Positions 11,853 through 25,743 of a DNA stretch of 64,000 nt are shown piece by piece. The notes beneath the pieces were generated by a model, which saw only the letters and a list, made by a program, of their open reading frames with translations, had not been told where the DNA came from and made no database searches. How positions within the stretch are numbered: the stretch's first letter is position 1; each line of letters starts with the position of its first letter. The stretch is taken from the NCBI RefSeq assembly GCF_018977255.1, contig NW_024704743.1:81718001-81782000 (forward strand). The letters are read 5' to 3'. The DNA is from Callorhinchus milii (lineage: Eukaryota). The position numbers and the translations under genes are program-made.

Positions 11853-13319
11853 ATTAATAATAACCCTTGCATTTGATGTAGCACCTTTCACGTTAGGAGG
11901 AAATCTCAAAGCATTTCGCAAGACATACTCTATGGTGTAGTGTATTTCGTAAGTGCACATGATCACTCCTGTATGAAGCTACAGACATCTGCTCTTCCCT
12001 CATGGTTCAATGCGTAAAGGTTCTTGATCTTGTTAGACACCATTGGTTTCTTGTTCCCCAGGTATTGATCTTCACCCTGATTTAGAAAAACCTTCAAGTT
12101 CTTGGCCTACCTTTCCTCTGAAACCTTTCAACCTTATTCTCTTGGCTGTACACTCACTCCAGTCGGCTACGTGTTTCTCATTCCCTTTTTTCAACCCGCT
12201 GAGCAGTGGGTGGAGTGGTGGGGGTCTGAATTGGAGGCTGGAAATAGCAACATGGATGTGCATAAAAATGGTACTAATTGGTAAGAACATTTTCAGATCT
12301 TCATTGTGTTAATGAACACCCAGATGTTTTAATTCAGACAAAGAACAGTTTAAGTAATATCACAATATTTTGCCTTGTCTCCCAGGATTCTTCACCTTAT
12401 ATCTGCTCTCCCTGCCTTCAAATCCTTGTTTCAAAAGAAAACTCATGACTGTTCCTTTAGTCAGCATTCTCAAACTTGGGGATGGTGGGGGAGTGGTGGG
12501 GGAAGATTTTTATTCTATTCCCCTACCTCTGGGACTACTTCCCTCTACCCTTGCATCTTGCCTCCTTTCTAACTGTCTTCAAGTCCCGTCTCTGACCATG
12601 CCTACATTCAACTCCCCTCCCACCCTCCCACCACCCAGTGTCTAAAAGCCACCACTCCCCACCACTCTAAAGCACTCTGAGATGATATTTTACATGAAAG
12701 GCACGGTATAAATTGTTGTTGCTGATGGATTAGACCTCTTGTTTTTGTAAAGCACATGAAGCGGTTATCCTATGTGAAAGGTACTTTATAAGTTTAAGCT
12801 GTTTGTAATTTGCTCCAACAAGACCCAATGCATGCTTCACATACCATGTCTTATCTTTTTCAAGGTATGCTGTGGGGTCCTAAGTCTTGGCTCTTGCCAG
12901 CTGTGCCTAATACTCTCCATAATTAGGTACACAGGATGTATCCCTCCAGAAGTTTTTCCTCAGCGAATCTTCAGCCTTCAGCTTGGTAAGACTTCAACAT
13001 ATTGAAACATTAGCTGTATTCTCATTTTCCCCACATTATTTCCTTGTACATTCACACCTTTTATTGCTGTCTTATCTGCTTTTGTTTTTTCTTAACGTCC
13101 CATTCACAACATCTCTAAATCTGTTAATGGTCTTTCACTGACATTCACACAATGTCCTACAAAGAGCTAGAAGGTGCATGATGGGGGGCAGGGACTCTTC
13201 CCATTTGGATCCTGTTGACCCTGCAAGTCAAAGCCCTCAAAGGTAGGGTGGTCCTAGCTAAGCAGTTGTATAAAAGCAGATGACAAATGCTATGTTTCGT
13301 TGAGCTTCCTGATAATACA

Positions 13320-13570
13320 GGATGACACTCAAGTGCAGTATTGAAAGAGCACTGCTTTGACTGATTCTAGACTTAGGATGAAAGGTTTTGACTGGCTGTT
13401 CATATGTCCGTTAAAGATCCCATGGCACTCTTCAAAAAGAGAAGAGTGTTGCTCCCATTGTCCTGGGCAATGATCTCCCTGATATAAAAATGATCATTCA
13501 TTTCATGGCTATTAGTGGGACAATGCTTGGGATGTCCCCCCGACGTGAAACACTTTCTACAAATGTCATC
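13320..13570 (+). mobile_element. Decayed Deu-domain SINE
   Basis: gttaaagatcccatggcactcttcaaaaagagaagagtgttgctcccattgtcctgggcaa Deu core followed by an L2-like tail. Confidence 0.7.
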
Positions 13571-14329
13571 TTGTATTGTATTTTGTAATGTAATGCTATG
13601 TGAAAAATGCCTGTATTTGCCTAATAGCAATATTTTGTGAAGCTCTTATTAGATATTGTGACATTAGAGTGATATATAATAATCCTTGCAATTGGTATAG
13701 TGCCTTTCATTTTATGAGGGTGTCCTAAAGTGCTTCACAGGATTTACTGTAAAGTGGAGTGGTTTGTGGGTGAATGTACTGAAGGTCCTGTACAAAAGCA
13801 AGGATTATTTTGATGTCAATCACCAGCATTAACAACTGAGTCCAAATTAGTTTCGATTTAATGTTGTATCATGATGGTGCAAAATAATATCAATTGCATC
13901 CAAGTAAGATCCCCCAATGCAATAGAAAAGGCTAAAATCTCTCTTGTTAAATGTGTGGATTGGTGTATGGTTTTGTTGATCAGGAAGGCCATAATTATAC
14001 AGGAAAACTATTTTTGTGTTGCAGCAAAACGTTTTAAATTGAAATTCAATAGATAAACATTTGGGATTTAACTGAAAGATGGGAATGACTGTCAGCAAGG
14101 TTATAATTGCATTTGTGGCCTAGAATGTTAGAGACCTCCAACTCTTCTGCACAGCTGGCAAAGTGAAGTGATGTTACAGACCAATGGACACATTCATTGG
14201 AGCACCGCCCACCAGCTCATATGTGAGCTACATATCATGAGATGAAGAGAGACTATTTTTTAAAACAAAGAGTTTATGTGAGCTGTTCTTTATTCATGTC
14301 CTTTAGTTATGAAAGGAAAAGAAAAGAGT

Positions 14330-14542
14330 GGAGTCCTGAAGCTTAATAGTCAAAGCACTTGCCTCGCAAGCGAGAGGATCTGGGTTTGATTCCCAGGCAG
14401 GGCAAAACGTTAGGCAAGTTTCCTTACTCCACACACCTCAGTTTACCTAGCAGTAAGTAGGAACCCAGTTGTTAGTTAATCGGTGGATCGCTTAAAAATA
14501 ATAACTTGGTCATTGAATCAAGGAATGTTTGTGGGACACTGC
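14330..14542 (+). mobile_element. tRNA SINE, long variant, 3'-truncated
   Basis: ggagtcctg head plus extra segment ctcagtttacctagcagtaagtaggaacc also present in the 57960-58322 copy. Confidence 0.8.
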
Positions 14543-14639
14543 CCACTGATAAAATTCCCATCCAGATATGGTCCAGACAGTAAATGCTTGAAGACTATGG
14601 AGGGCATCACAGCCAAGCCCAATCTTGTTCATAACCTGA

Positions 14640-15809
14640 CAACAATAACTACAACAAACAACAAGATTACATTTATAGAGCGCCTTTCACGTCGGGAGGA
14701 CGTCCCAAGGCCCTGGACAGTCAGGGGTCAGGAATCCGAGCATGGGGGAGGTGTGGGGTAGGGGTGAGGGAAGGCAGAGAGGTGGGAGGGCGACTGAAGG
14801 CACAGTCTTGAGACCGGCCTTGAAGGAGGCAAGGGAGGAAGCAAGGCGAAGGGACAGTGGGATGGAGTTCCAGAGTTTGGGGGCAGAGAGGCTGAAAGCC
14901 CGGCAACCGATGGTAGGGCCGGTCGCGCAGGAAACATGGAGCAGGCCGAAGCTCACTAAACAAAGGGAGCGAGCAGGTTTGTAGGAAGTCAGCAAGTCAG
15001 AGAGGTAGGAGGGGGCAAAGCCACGGATGGCCTTGAAAGTGAGGACGAGGATCTTGAATTCGATCCTCTGAGAGATGGGGAGCCAGTGGAGTCGGGTGAG
15101 AGTGGGAGAAATGGGGTCACGGAGCCTGGTGCGCGAGATTACACAAGCTGCAGAGTTTTGGATGATCTGCAGCTTGCAAAGGGAAGAGTAGGAAGGCCGA
15201 TGAGGAGGGAGTTTCCATAATCGAGCCTTGATGTGATGAATGCATGGGTGAGGGTTTCAGCAGCCTGATGGGTGAGGCAGTGGCGGAGTCTGGCAATGTT
15301 GCAGAGGTGATGGTAGGTGTTGCTGGTCATGGCGCAGATGTGGGGGAGAAAGGACAGTTCAGGGTCAAACAAAATACCCAGGTTCATGACTGGCTTAGTG
15401 AGGTTAAGTGTGCAGCCATGGAGGCTGATGCTGCTAGTGCCCAAGTTGCGGAGGCGCTGGCGCGAGCCAATCAGGAGGGCCTCAGTCTTGCTGACGTTGA
15501 CTTGGAGAAAGTTGTCCGTCGTGCAGGACTTGATGTTGGACAGGCAGTCGGTCAGGATGCCAGTAGTCCTGGAGTTGAGGGTGGAGGCAGAGAGGTAGAG
15601 TTGGGTGTCATCCGCCAACATGTGAAAATTTACCCCATGTCTGCGGATGATGTCACCAAGAGGAGTATGTATGGGAGTATGTCACCAAGAGGGGACCGAG
15701 GACAGAGCCCTGAGGAACTATGCACAAGACGGTGCGGGGACTAGAGGAGAAGCCTTTTGCAAAGACAAATTGGAGGCGGTGTGAAAGGTAGGACCTGAAC
15801 CAGTCAAGG
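14640..15809 (-). mobile_element. 5'-truncated L2 LINE
   Basis: ORF track [10 protein letters not shown]...LQVNVSKTE...[19 protein letters not shown]; type A tail. Confidence 0.95.
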
Positions 15810-16789
15810 TTCAGACATCCAAACATGTGCACTATCCAGTCAATGGATAGCAATCAGGAGTACATTTTTCCCTCTTCAGTCCAGGAAGCTGAGGCCAATT
15901 GTAGCTTCTCTGCAACCACACCAGCTGAGATCAGCTAAATCATCCCAGACCACAGATGGATCAAATTTCACCAATTTGAGACAATTGACAGCAAACTGGG
16001 TGGCAGGAGATTAACTCAATTTCTAGTTAATATTGCTATGCAGCTTTCCTGTTCTGGAAGCTGCTGGCGGTGCACTCCTTACTGCCTGGTCTGTCCATAG
16101 GTGGAATATTCCCCCCCCACCTCCACACCCGCCGCTATTGTTAAGATCAGTCCACCACTGATTCCATTATATACTGTTTCATCTATAATAATCCTTATAT
16201 TTGATTTAGTGCTCTATCACAACTTCGAGACATCTCAAAGCATTTCACAGAATATACTATAAAGTGAATTGACTGTATATTTTGTCATCTAACCATACCA
16301 TTCTTTACCTGGCTTTCAATCCACTGCTATCAACTTTCCCAGACAGTCACAAGCCCAGCATCATGCAGGCTACATTTCTTTCATGGTTCTGCATTTTTTC
16401 GAAATGTAGAATTCTAAATGGGAATTTTACACTTAGAAAAAATGCAGAACCACCCAAAAGATTGATTTGAACAATAACTTGCTATTTTTTCAGGGCAAGT
16501 TCTGAAGTGTATTTTGCTGAGACAACAGCACTAAACTTTGAGAAGTTGTAAAGTACTAACTCATTCTTTGCGACTGTGACCTTTACTGGATTGGCCCTGC
16601 ATGTGAATTGATCGGTCAGTGTATTGTCGAAAGTAACTTTTTTTGTGGACAGCCAGGTGGTCTATCACTCATAAAAATCCATCACCATGCTTCAGAATAT
16701 CAAAACCAGTGTTACACATATCCATGGTTATTTCCATTTGTCTGGAATGGAGTGCAAACTCTTCCCAGAGGGATGCACCCTAATGGGTA

Positions 16790-17065
16790 AGGTGGTCTAG
16801 GTAGAAAAGCAGCAGGAAGCTTGCCAGACAGTATTCATAAGCAAGTTATGTGGTTTTATTTGGTTAACTCTAGCAGTGTGTCAATACACACTTGGGGTCC
16901 CCAAAATTTGTCTCTTGCCAACCTGTTGCTAACTAATATTTTGGGGGTTAGATGAGCAGGGTGCAATCCTCCAGGAAGAAGAGTGTGCTTTACATTCCAG
17001 ACACAGGGACATTTCCATAACAAATGTGGTTTGGTTACTCGTTAATCATGTTTCTGACAAAAAAA
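16790..17065 (+). mobile_element. Unclassified A-tailed retroposon (same family as 3347-3670)
   Basis: ggtggtctagg head, core ctcttgccaacct...cattccagacacagggacatttcc, ends in an A run; an opposite-orientation fragment lies at ~16675-16782. Confidence 0.6.
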
Positions 17066-17159
17066 TACGCATACAAAACTACCTTGAAATACAATTGTGA
17101 AGTCAAAGTAATTTAAATAAGATTTGTTGTGCTAGCAGAAAGATTATGCCGTTATACAT

Positions 17160-17490
17160 ATAATAATAATAATAATAATAATCCTTGCATTTGATATAGC
17201 GCTTTTCACGTCGGGAGGACGTCCCAAAGCGCTTCACAGAACACACTGTAAAGTGAATTGACTGTATATTTGTGGGCGAACGCGGCAGCCAATTGCGCAC
17301 AGCAATGTCCCACAAACAGTCGTAGATTGAAAATGACCAATTTATTATTGTTTTTTTTTTTTTTTTTTGGAGGGATTATTATTAGGCGTGTGGAGTAAGG
17401 AAACTTGCCCAAGGTTTCGCCCTGCCTGGAATTGAACTCAGGTCTCTCGCTTGCAAAGCGAGTGCTCTAACCACTGAGCTACAGGACTCC
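17160..17490 (-). mobile_element. Young full-length tRNA(Ala)-derived SINE
   Basis: Revcomp ggagtcctgtagctcagtggttagagcactcgctttgcaagcgag...gggacgtcctcccgacgtgaaaagcgct...(tta)n. Confidence 0.95.
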
Positions 17491-20400
17491 ACAATATCCA
17501 TAATATCAAAATATCATTGCTTCTCCACTATTCACCATTCATCTGCACTCCAAATCTGGATTACCACCCAAGGATGAATTTAGACTTTCATGATTTTTTA
17601 AGGCATTTACTAATAATGGAAATCCAGTTGTTCAATAGGCCACCTCACTGACCGTTAGTTGGGTGTCAAGTTTATTGCCTTCGCATTAGAGCAAACCATA
17701 GAACAGAAATCCACATGTTCATGTTAAGCTGTTAAAAATCCCAACACCCATGCACATTATTCACACTTCCACTGGTCTGAGGTCTATTACCCTCCCTGGT
17801 GTGTTAGTCGACAATATGGCCCCTTGCCATGCATGGGCAGAGCAGTACAAAGAGGCTTTGTGCAGAACATGCACAAGAATGCAGAATTAAATGGCTGCCT
17901 TAAAAAGAAGAACCTTGAAAAGTCAGAATCATCAAAAATTGTACCCAAATAAACTCAGATCATTGCAATTGCAATTTTAGATATGGTTTGTGCCAAACAG
18001 ACCAGAATTAACGACTTTTCCTTTTGGTCTTATGATCTGAGTAGAAAACACTCAAGTGAATTTTACAAATCATCTTTAGTAGTAAGTGAAGAAGAGACTT
18101 TCATCTCCTGGATAGCATAAAATTAGAGATAAAATTGAAGGTCTAACTCATGACGCTGACCACTCCATGAAACCAAGGTTAGAAGCTTGCTACACCATCA
18201 ATGAATACATTCCACTCATTTCAATCCTACAACAAACAACAACAAAATTACGTTTGTATAGCACCTTTCACGTCAGAAGCACATCCCAATCCTATTACCA
18301 GATCCTCAAAAATTGGATGCATATTCAGCTTGCTTTGGCTGTCAAACCCACCATAGAACATAAAGGCACACACGCGTACACAAATACATAGTGTCATGGC
18401 AGGAAGTGGGGGCACATTTGCTGAGGTCCCTGTCCTGTTTGTGTTGCTGTGCTTGGGCACTGAGAAAAAGCAAAAGATCTCCCCACAGAAGGGAAGGTGA
18501 ACCTGATTGAGAGTCTTTGAGTTGTGCTTGTGCATCTCCCAGCAGTCAGCTCAGCGCATCATTGGAGGAGGTCAGAGAAGAGCTTGCCTACATACTCAGT
18601 GCCGGATACCCAAACTCACAGCCGAGGAGAAAAAACGGTACATGAAGGAAGTGATCTTAGTTGGATGAATTTGAAGTAATTCCAAGAACAGCCTAACCCA
18701 ACTGCACTCCTACACAAGGGACATGTCCCATGACTAACACCACCAAATATCCCTGAGAACAATTACACTTGGGGCTAGATTTCCTTTTTTGTCGTGACAC
18801 AGAGCATCCAGCAATTGGCAAATTGTTGAATTCAGGCATATCTTTGAAGTCTGTTTTCTATAGTTCTTAAAAAGAACTTACAGAAAACTGGCTTCAAACT
18901 TAAGCCTGTATTTAGCAACTTGCTAAGTTCTGGATGCTCTGAAATGCTACATAATAAAATAAATATAGACTCAGGTGGAATTCCTCCTATGCTATTCTGG
19001 AAGCATGTATATGGAATGGATGCCAATGTACTCATGATATTAATATAATTCCCGTAAATATAGTCCCAACAAAGCACACCAGTGTGTAATCTAGTAAAAT
19101 AAGGAAAGGTCATATGGCACATGTGTTGACATAATGCTTTGACATTTTCTCAAAGAACAATTAGTTCTGTCTATAAATTTGTGTCTATGACTTCTATTTG
19201 CTTAGATATGTCTCTGGTTTGCTGGCTGTGGTTGCTAGGGCACCGTTTGTAAGTGCCTGATTGCCTCTTGCAGGGGAGTGAAGGGAGGACAGCTGTCGGG
19301 GTTAAACAATGAGGACTCTCTGTTACGTCCTCATGTGGAGTGAAACTGGTTCATGGATCCTGGATGTAAGACTGAACAATGCAGTCCCACAGTTAGTACA
19401 GTGCAGCAATATCATGCTGAGTACGGTAGCTGACAGCTGATACCCCATACTGATTTTGATCAGCAAAATGCTGATCAACAAAACATCGAACAACAAAACA
19501 TTATGTATATATATCTCACATTGTCATTATTAAATACAAAGGTCTGTAGGAGGAGGTTTCCAGGCTGGGTTCCAGAAAATGTTCAAGGCCCCCTTATCTG
19601 TTTAAGGAGGTTATTTTATTAGAAAACTTCACTTAACTCTAGCTTTCACATATAAAATATATCAGCATTTCAAATAGATGTAGAAACAAGCCTACATAAA
19701 AATGTAGAAAGTTATTTTTTATTCAAATAGTCCTACTGTATTCTAAAGGCCAAAATTATTTAGTCTACTGAGTTTGCATAATGTTGTACATTCAAACTTT
19801 GCCAAAGTGAATATAAGGGAAACATTTTTCAGAATGTTTAAAGTCCAAATAGCATCATTTATATCTGCTCTTTTGAAAGGTCAAAGGGGGAAGGGAGGTG
19901 AACTGGTACACAGTGAGCATCAATGTCTAAGGGTAACCTTGGGCACAGGGAGGCCAGTTCCGACCACTCTTTATTTTGAGAAGCGATTTCAATAATTTCA
20001 AATAAAACCAATAACTTTAGTAATTTCTTCATTGGTTCCATTAACAGAAAGAAATGCAACTGTGCTCTGAGAAAGAAGACAACTTATAAACAAAGGGGAA
20101 ACCTATGTAAACGTTATACTCAATGTAACCGAAGAATTACTGCAGCCTAAGCAGTATTCTGTTTGGCAAGTTTATAATAATAATAATCTTTGCATTCGAT
20201 ATATAGCCTTATCATGTCGTCGAGGTGTTTTAGTAACTTTATGAACAATTTTAAAAGAATAAACGTAACAGATTTCCAGTGTCATGTTACAAGTATTTTT
20301 CTGTCTTATTTATAGTTGAAAATCAAATTAGTTTCTGTCTCAATGACCCTGCATTCTAGTCATCTTCTCCTCCCCATCCCCCTTCAGCTTCCACCCCCAA

Positions 20401-21614
20401 CTGGCATGCCCAACTGGCAGTATTAAACACTTTGAGACATCCTCCTGACATTAAAAGTGCTACATAAATGTAAATTGTATTGTAAGTTTGCTGAAACGTA
20501 CTGAAAACTCAATACTTCCTTGCCCAAAGCAACAAATCACTACAAAGAGCACATGAAGCAGAGATCCCCTGAGAAGAGAAGGGTTAATGACGTGATTGAA
20601 GAAATTAGATGCAACCATGAAATAATTATGGGAAAATTGAGCCAATTGAGACTCAGCCCACTCAAGAGGGTTACAGTTTTGTATCCACATTACATCTCAT
20701 TGCGCTTTTTTTCTGTCATTGAAAAGCTTGTGTGGTTGGGAGGGTGGGAGAGGGAAACATATGATATTGTTTTCTCTGGAAGTATAATAGCTGTGACAGA
20801 AATTATTATTTTGGAATGTGAAATCCATTGGAGTTTCAAAACCAACTACCCATATTTGTGTGTTGCTCCATAGATATTTGTTGTATGAATGATCAGAGTT
20901 TAGGAGATAGTAGTTCAAGAAGTGTTAGCGGGATATATCTTGCAGGCTGGTGGAGGGATGCAGGGGGGCACGGAAGAGTCATTATTTGACCCATTTCTGA
21001 TGGAAGAATGGGTTGCAACTCAGATTTTTGTAATTTGGGTGGGCCATGACCCCCCTCTGTCACTCCTACAAAGTTTACACCTCCAGCTATTAAAGAACCA
21101 TGTGTTAGTCCTTTGCTGTCAGTAATGTGGCTGCATAATGCCTAGGAAGCTCTGGCACTATATTCCCTGTAGGTGAGCATAGGGTTCTGATTGGGTGGTC
21201 GGCAGTTACAGATTCCTCATGAGGACAGAGTTGGATTGCAGAACAAATTCTATTGCGTGGCACTTTGACAATGTGCGTTTGTACTGAAAAATTATGATTT
21301 CAAAAACACCAAGCGCACTGACAACAACAACTGGCACTTTTATAGCACCCTCCACACAGGGTAGCATCTCAGAGCGTTTCAAAACTATCACCACGCAGAA
21401 TGCCACCCTTTATTCCAATTCACCCCCCCACCCCCACACCCCCTTCCACTCTATTAGAAGAGCATATTGGAACAGGTTAATGTTCAAAGAATAAATTTTA
21501 ATGCTCAGCAGAAAGGAACTAAAGAGCAGCGTTTTAATTAAAACAAGGATACTTATGACTTACATCTCAAACCATGAGAGCTTGTGGAGTTTTAGAAATG
21601 GAAATATAAGTTGT

Positions 21615-21935
21615 GGAGTCCTGTAGTTCAGTGGTTAGAGCACTCCCCTCACAAGCAAGAGACCTGGGTTCGATTCCTGCCAGGGCATAACCTGGGACAA
21701 GTTTCCTTACTCTACATGCCTGATGATAATCCCTCAAGGAAAAATAACAATAATAATTTGGTCACTCAATCTAGATCTATTTGTGGGAGACTACTGTGTG
21801 CAATTGGCTGCCACGTTTTGCCCGCAAATATACAGTCAATTCACTTTACAGTATACTCTGTGAAGCCCTTTGAGACGTCTAGAAGACGTAAAAAGCGCTA
21901 TATCAAATGCAAGGATTATTATTTATTATTTTTTA
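21615..21935 (+). mobile_element. tRNA SINE, older subfamily
   Basis: Full head, body and tail with gagacgtctagaagacgt loop. Confidence 0.9.
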
Positions 21936-22035
21936 TTAAATTAGCTGGTTGGATTGTATTTCACTGAAAGAGCATGTTGACATATGACAAGCTTCTGTAT
22001 CAAGTGCAAGGATTATTTTTATTACTCTATTTTCT

Positions 22036-22395
22036 TAGCATTTCAGAGCATCCAGAATTTAACAAGTTCTTAAATGCAGCCTTAATTTTGTAGCTGTTTT
22101 TTCTGAGAATTATTTTAAAATGTATAGAAACCTAGTTTCAAAGTCAAGACTGAATTCTTAAATGCTAAGAAAATACAATAAATCAAGACCCATCTTCAAT
22201 TTCTCATATAAGGCTGAAATTACACCTAATCTTAGGTTGGATGCCCATTTTGTCTTAAAATTTAAATTTGCACAGAACAGTAATTTTTTAATTCAGTCTT
22301 AATTTATAAGCCAGTTTTCCGCTGTTCCTAAAAAAGTCTTTCGTTTTTCTTGTATTTCTTAAAACAAACCACCTTCCAAATTAAGACTGAGTTAA
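22036..22395. repeat. AT-rich ancient repeat with inverted termini (possible MITE family)
   Basis: 22036-22156 is a diverged revcomp of 18830-18950; 22290-22393 is bounded by aattcagtcttaattt / aaattaagactgagtt; related copy at ~53537-53647. Confidence 0.5.
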
Positions 22396-22689
22396 TGCTA
22401 TTTCCCCAGACCCGTGCTGCCAAGAACAGGGTTTAGGACATTGAGAACATTTTCTCCAGGCAATTGTCTGTCTGGCATGCAGAGTCAGCAGAGCTGGTTT
22501 CCAAGGACCTCCAGTTTGAGGAAAAATCTTTACACTGATAAAATACTAAACTTTTGCATCCATAGATATTGTACTATTCACATAATCTGCTATACATCGC
22601 CTACACAATAAATTAACATTATGATTTCAAACACACTGCACTACATAGTAAAATCCTATGAAGTGCTTTCAGAGGTCCTCCTTACTTAA

Positions 22690-23230
22690 AACAACAACAA
22701 CAACTTGTACTTATATAGTGCCCTCCACACAGCGTAGCATCTCAGAGCATATAACAGTCGCAGAACCTCACTCCGGGTGTGGGGGAGGTGACCGTAAGCA
22801 CGGTCGAAAAGGAAGGTTTTCAAGTGGGACTTGAAAAAGGAGAGAGGGGGCAAGGCGGAGAGATTGAGGGAGAGTGCTCCAGGGTTTTGGGGCGTAGTGA
22901 CTGAAAGTGCGACCTCCAATGATGGGGCGGAGGGTGCAAGGGATGAGTAGGAGGCCGGTGCCAGTTGAGAGGAGGCACCGTGTGTTGAATTGTGGAATGA
23001 GGAGTTTGGAGAGGTAGGGAGATGCCAGGGAGTGAATGGATTTGAACATGAGCGTGAGGATCTTGAAGTCAATCCCTTCGGTGATGGGGAGGCAGTGGAG
23101 CCTGGCCAGAACTGATGAGATGTTGGTACGGAGTTTGGTCCAGGTCAGTATGTGGGCAGCAGAGTTCTGAATGAGCTGGATTTTTGAATAGTGGAACTGG
23201 GGAGACTGGCGAGGAGTGCTTTTGAGTATT
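22690..23230 (-). mobile_element. L2 3' fragment, tail type B
   Basis: LHCLP..IDFKILTLMFK-type ORF; tail tatatagtgccctccacacagcgtagcatctcagagc. Confidence 0.85.
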
Positions 23231-23951
23231 CTGTCACTATATCATATGCAAGGATTATTTGTGTGTTTATTTATATATAAAATAATTCATTCATGTATTC
23301 ATACATTCGTCTATTGATTTATGTGTTTAGTTATTAATTTAGGAAGCAGCAGCTTGATTTTGCCGTTGGACTTAAATGATCACATCAAGGCTTCCTGACT
23401 TGTCACATGAGTATACAACACTCAACGTTATCATCCAGCTAACGGTGTCATATGGTTCTGCTTAAAAGTTGCAAGGTGAAGCTACAGAGAAGTGGAAGGA
23501 AGATATAGTTTGATCCACAAAGAGACATGTGATATGATCAGTATTTCCACAAACAAGAGTGATTAGATACCTCCTGAAAGACTTCACTCATAAATTATCA
23601 CCAGCTTCTGATGCTGGGACATGTATCATATCTCACTACTACTTATGGCATACTTTAACTCATACCACATGTCTAATATATATTTTGAACAGATATGTTT
23701 TAATGACATAGAAACTGTGGAGCAATGAAATGACCTCTGTAACTTCCAGTCTGCTATGAAGATTAATTTCATTTATCCTGTGGAACTTTCTCTCACTTGA
23801 CAATAATTTATAAGGCACAATTAGGGAGATGTTGGAGAGAATCTTTTGCATTTTCAAGCAAATATGAGCTGAAGATTCATATATTATGAAATGCTTGGGT
23901 AAATTTTCAGAACTATCTAGTTGTTATCAATTGGAGATAATAATACTAGAT

Positions 23952-24120
23952 CAGAGTGGTCCAACCTTTTGGCTGCAGAGGGCTGGATGCTGGATTTCCG
24001 AAATATCTGCGGCCACATAAGCAATATTTAATCCTGATCGGCCAGTCCCATTGCCAGGCCGTGCCTGAGCCCCTGATGACTGTCTCCTGCAGCCCACGGA
24101 CGGCCAGTTAGACCACCCTG
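23952..24120. mobile_element. hAT (Charlie-like) MITE
   Basis: TIRs cagagtggtccaac / gttagaccaccctg; degenerate 8-bp TSD tactagat / tgttaggt. Confidence 0.65.
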
Positions 24121-25743
24121 TGTTAGGTGATATCGGTCAGGGAGATATTAGGTGCATTTCAATAACTTTTAGTGCCTTTAGTTTGGGAGAGGGGAGTGGG
24201 GAAGGGAAAAAGAGTCAGTGCTCTTGCTTCAGACATCCTGGCTGAGATTTTGAGTACCGACAGGATTGGTTACTAATTGAACATCCTGTTGACACTACCG
24301 AAAGCAAAACGTCCTGATTGCGTCCTCAACTCTTTTTCTCTTCGCTCTTCCTCTTGGCACTGACGTATACAGTTCCACAGATGTTGACTGCCCTCTGATA
24401 ACGGTGTCGGAAGGTGGTCAATTCATGTGGAACTGCATTGCAACATATCTCAGTGTCTTCAGGAGAGAAGGAAATGAGAGGGATGATGAGAAAGCTATCT
24501 TTACTCTTAGGATATTTTTTCTTAATTTCCCAGCTCGCACAATTGGTCGTTTAGCAAATATCGCAAACTAGATGGTGCTTGCAAGTTGGCAATAGCAAAC
24601 TCACAGTTAGTGCTTCAAATCCTGTTTGAGAACATCATAAACAATTTCCCATTGTGTAGCAGCAGCTATTCCAGCCAGTATATCACAGGCAAGCCTAATC
24701 CTTTTCTTACCCTCACAGCCATACACCCGCAGTTTCCTGTAAGGGGGGGTGGGGGGTCACTGGAGAGCGATCAGGAGCAGGAAACCCTGGATGATTTTTT
24801 NCTCTCTCCTTTTCCAACCCAGGGGCAGAGACGTCAATTGAGGAGCCCCAAACGCTCTCCTGGCTGGGATCAGATATCGTTGCATTGGACTGTGGGTAGA
24901 ATCTGGTCTGTGTGACTCATTACTAACCTCTGATGGTGTCTTTACCCAGTGGCTTATTGGAGGAGCTTTAAGCAACATCTTAAAGAGCTAAAGAAATGAA
25001 GCTAAAGAATTTCAAACTTCAAAAGCAAGATCATTATAAACTGAACCTCAAAGTTCCCGTTCAAAGCGTTGAGGTCATTACACCCTCCTAGCATGATAGC
25101 AGTCAAATTGTTAAGATCCCATATTTTATGTGAATAGCTTTATTGCGGGAGCGGTGGGGGAGAAGGAGCTGAAGTGGACTGGTGAGATGGCAATTGCAAT
25201 CTGTAACATTTGGTTAGTGAAATGATAGGTTCATGAAGGAGTCTGGGAATAAAAGTCAGTTCCCACACAATGTAAATCTGTGCTCCAACTCTGCTGGAAA
25301 TTGTTAAACTATAACCATATGGCACTGTTGGCTATTCCTTCTGTGCACTACAGCAGCTTGTTGTTCTTTAGTCTTGCACTTTGCCAACAAGGTCACTGTT
25401 ACCCAGTATTATCTGAAGAGAAAAGATATCAATGTAATGGGAGTTCATCACTAAGAAATATCAGCCATAGATCCTAATCCTATTCATTATCCAGGAAATT
25501 ATGTGTGTGTGAATGTCAGGGGAGGAAAAGATTTGCCTCAGTTTTAAGATCGCGCTTGGTCAGGTAACATGCCACCAGGCAGCTGAGCTCCCATGAAGAA
25601 GAGTTGCTTTGGTGAGGTACCGGAGGACATCTGGCTTTGATGAAACTGAACCCCTCCAAGACCACTAGAGCTAACCTGGCCACGTTATAAAACCTTTCCT
25701 TTACATATATGTGTCTGTAACATTAGATGTGGACTACATTTGT

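Noticed and set aside
18541..18640. Possible exon after catctcccag
   Set aside because: Weak donor and unrecognised peptides
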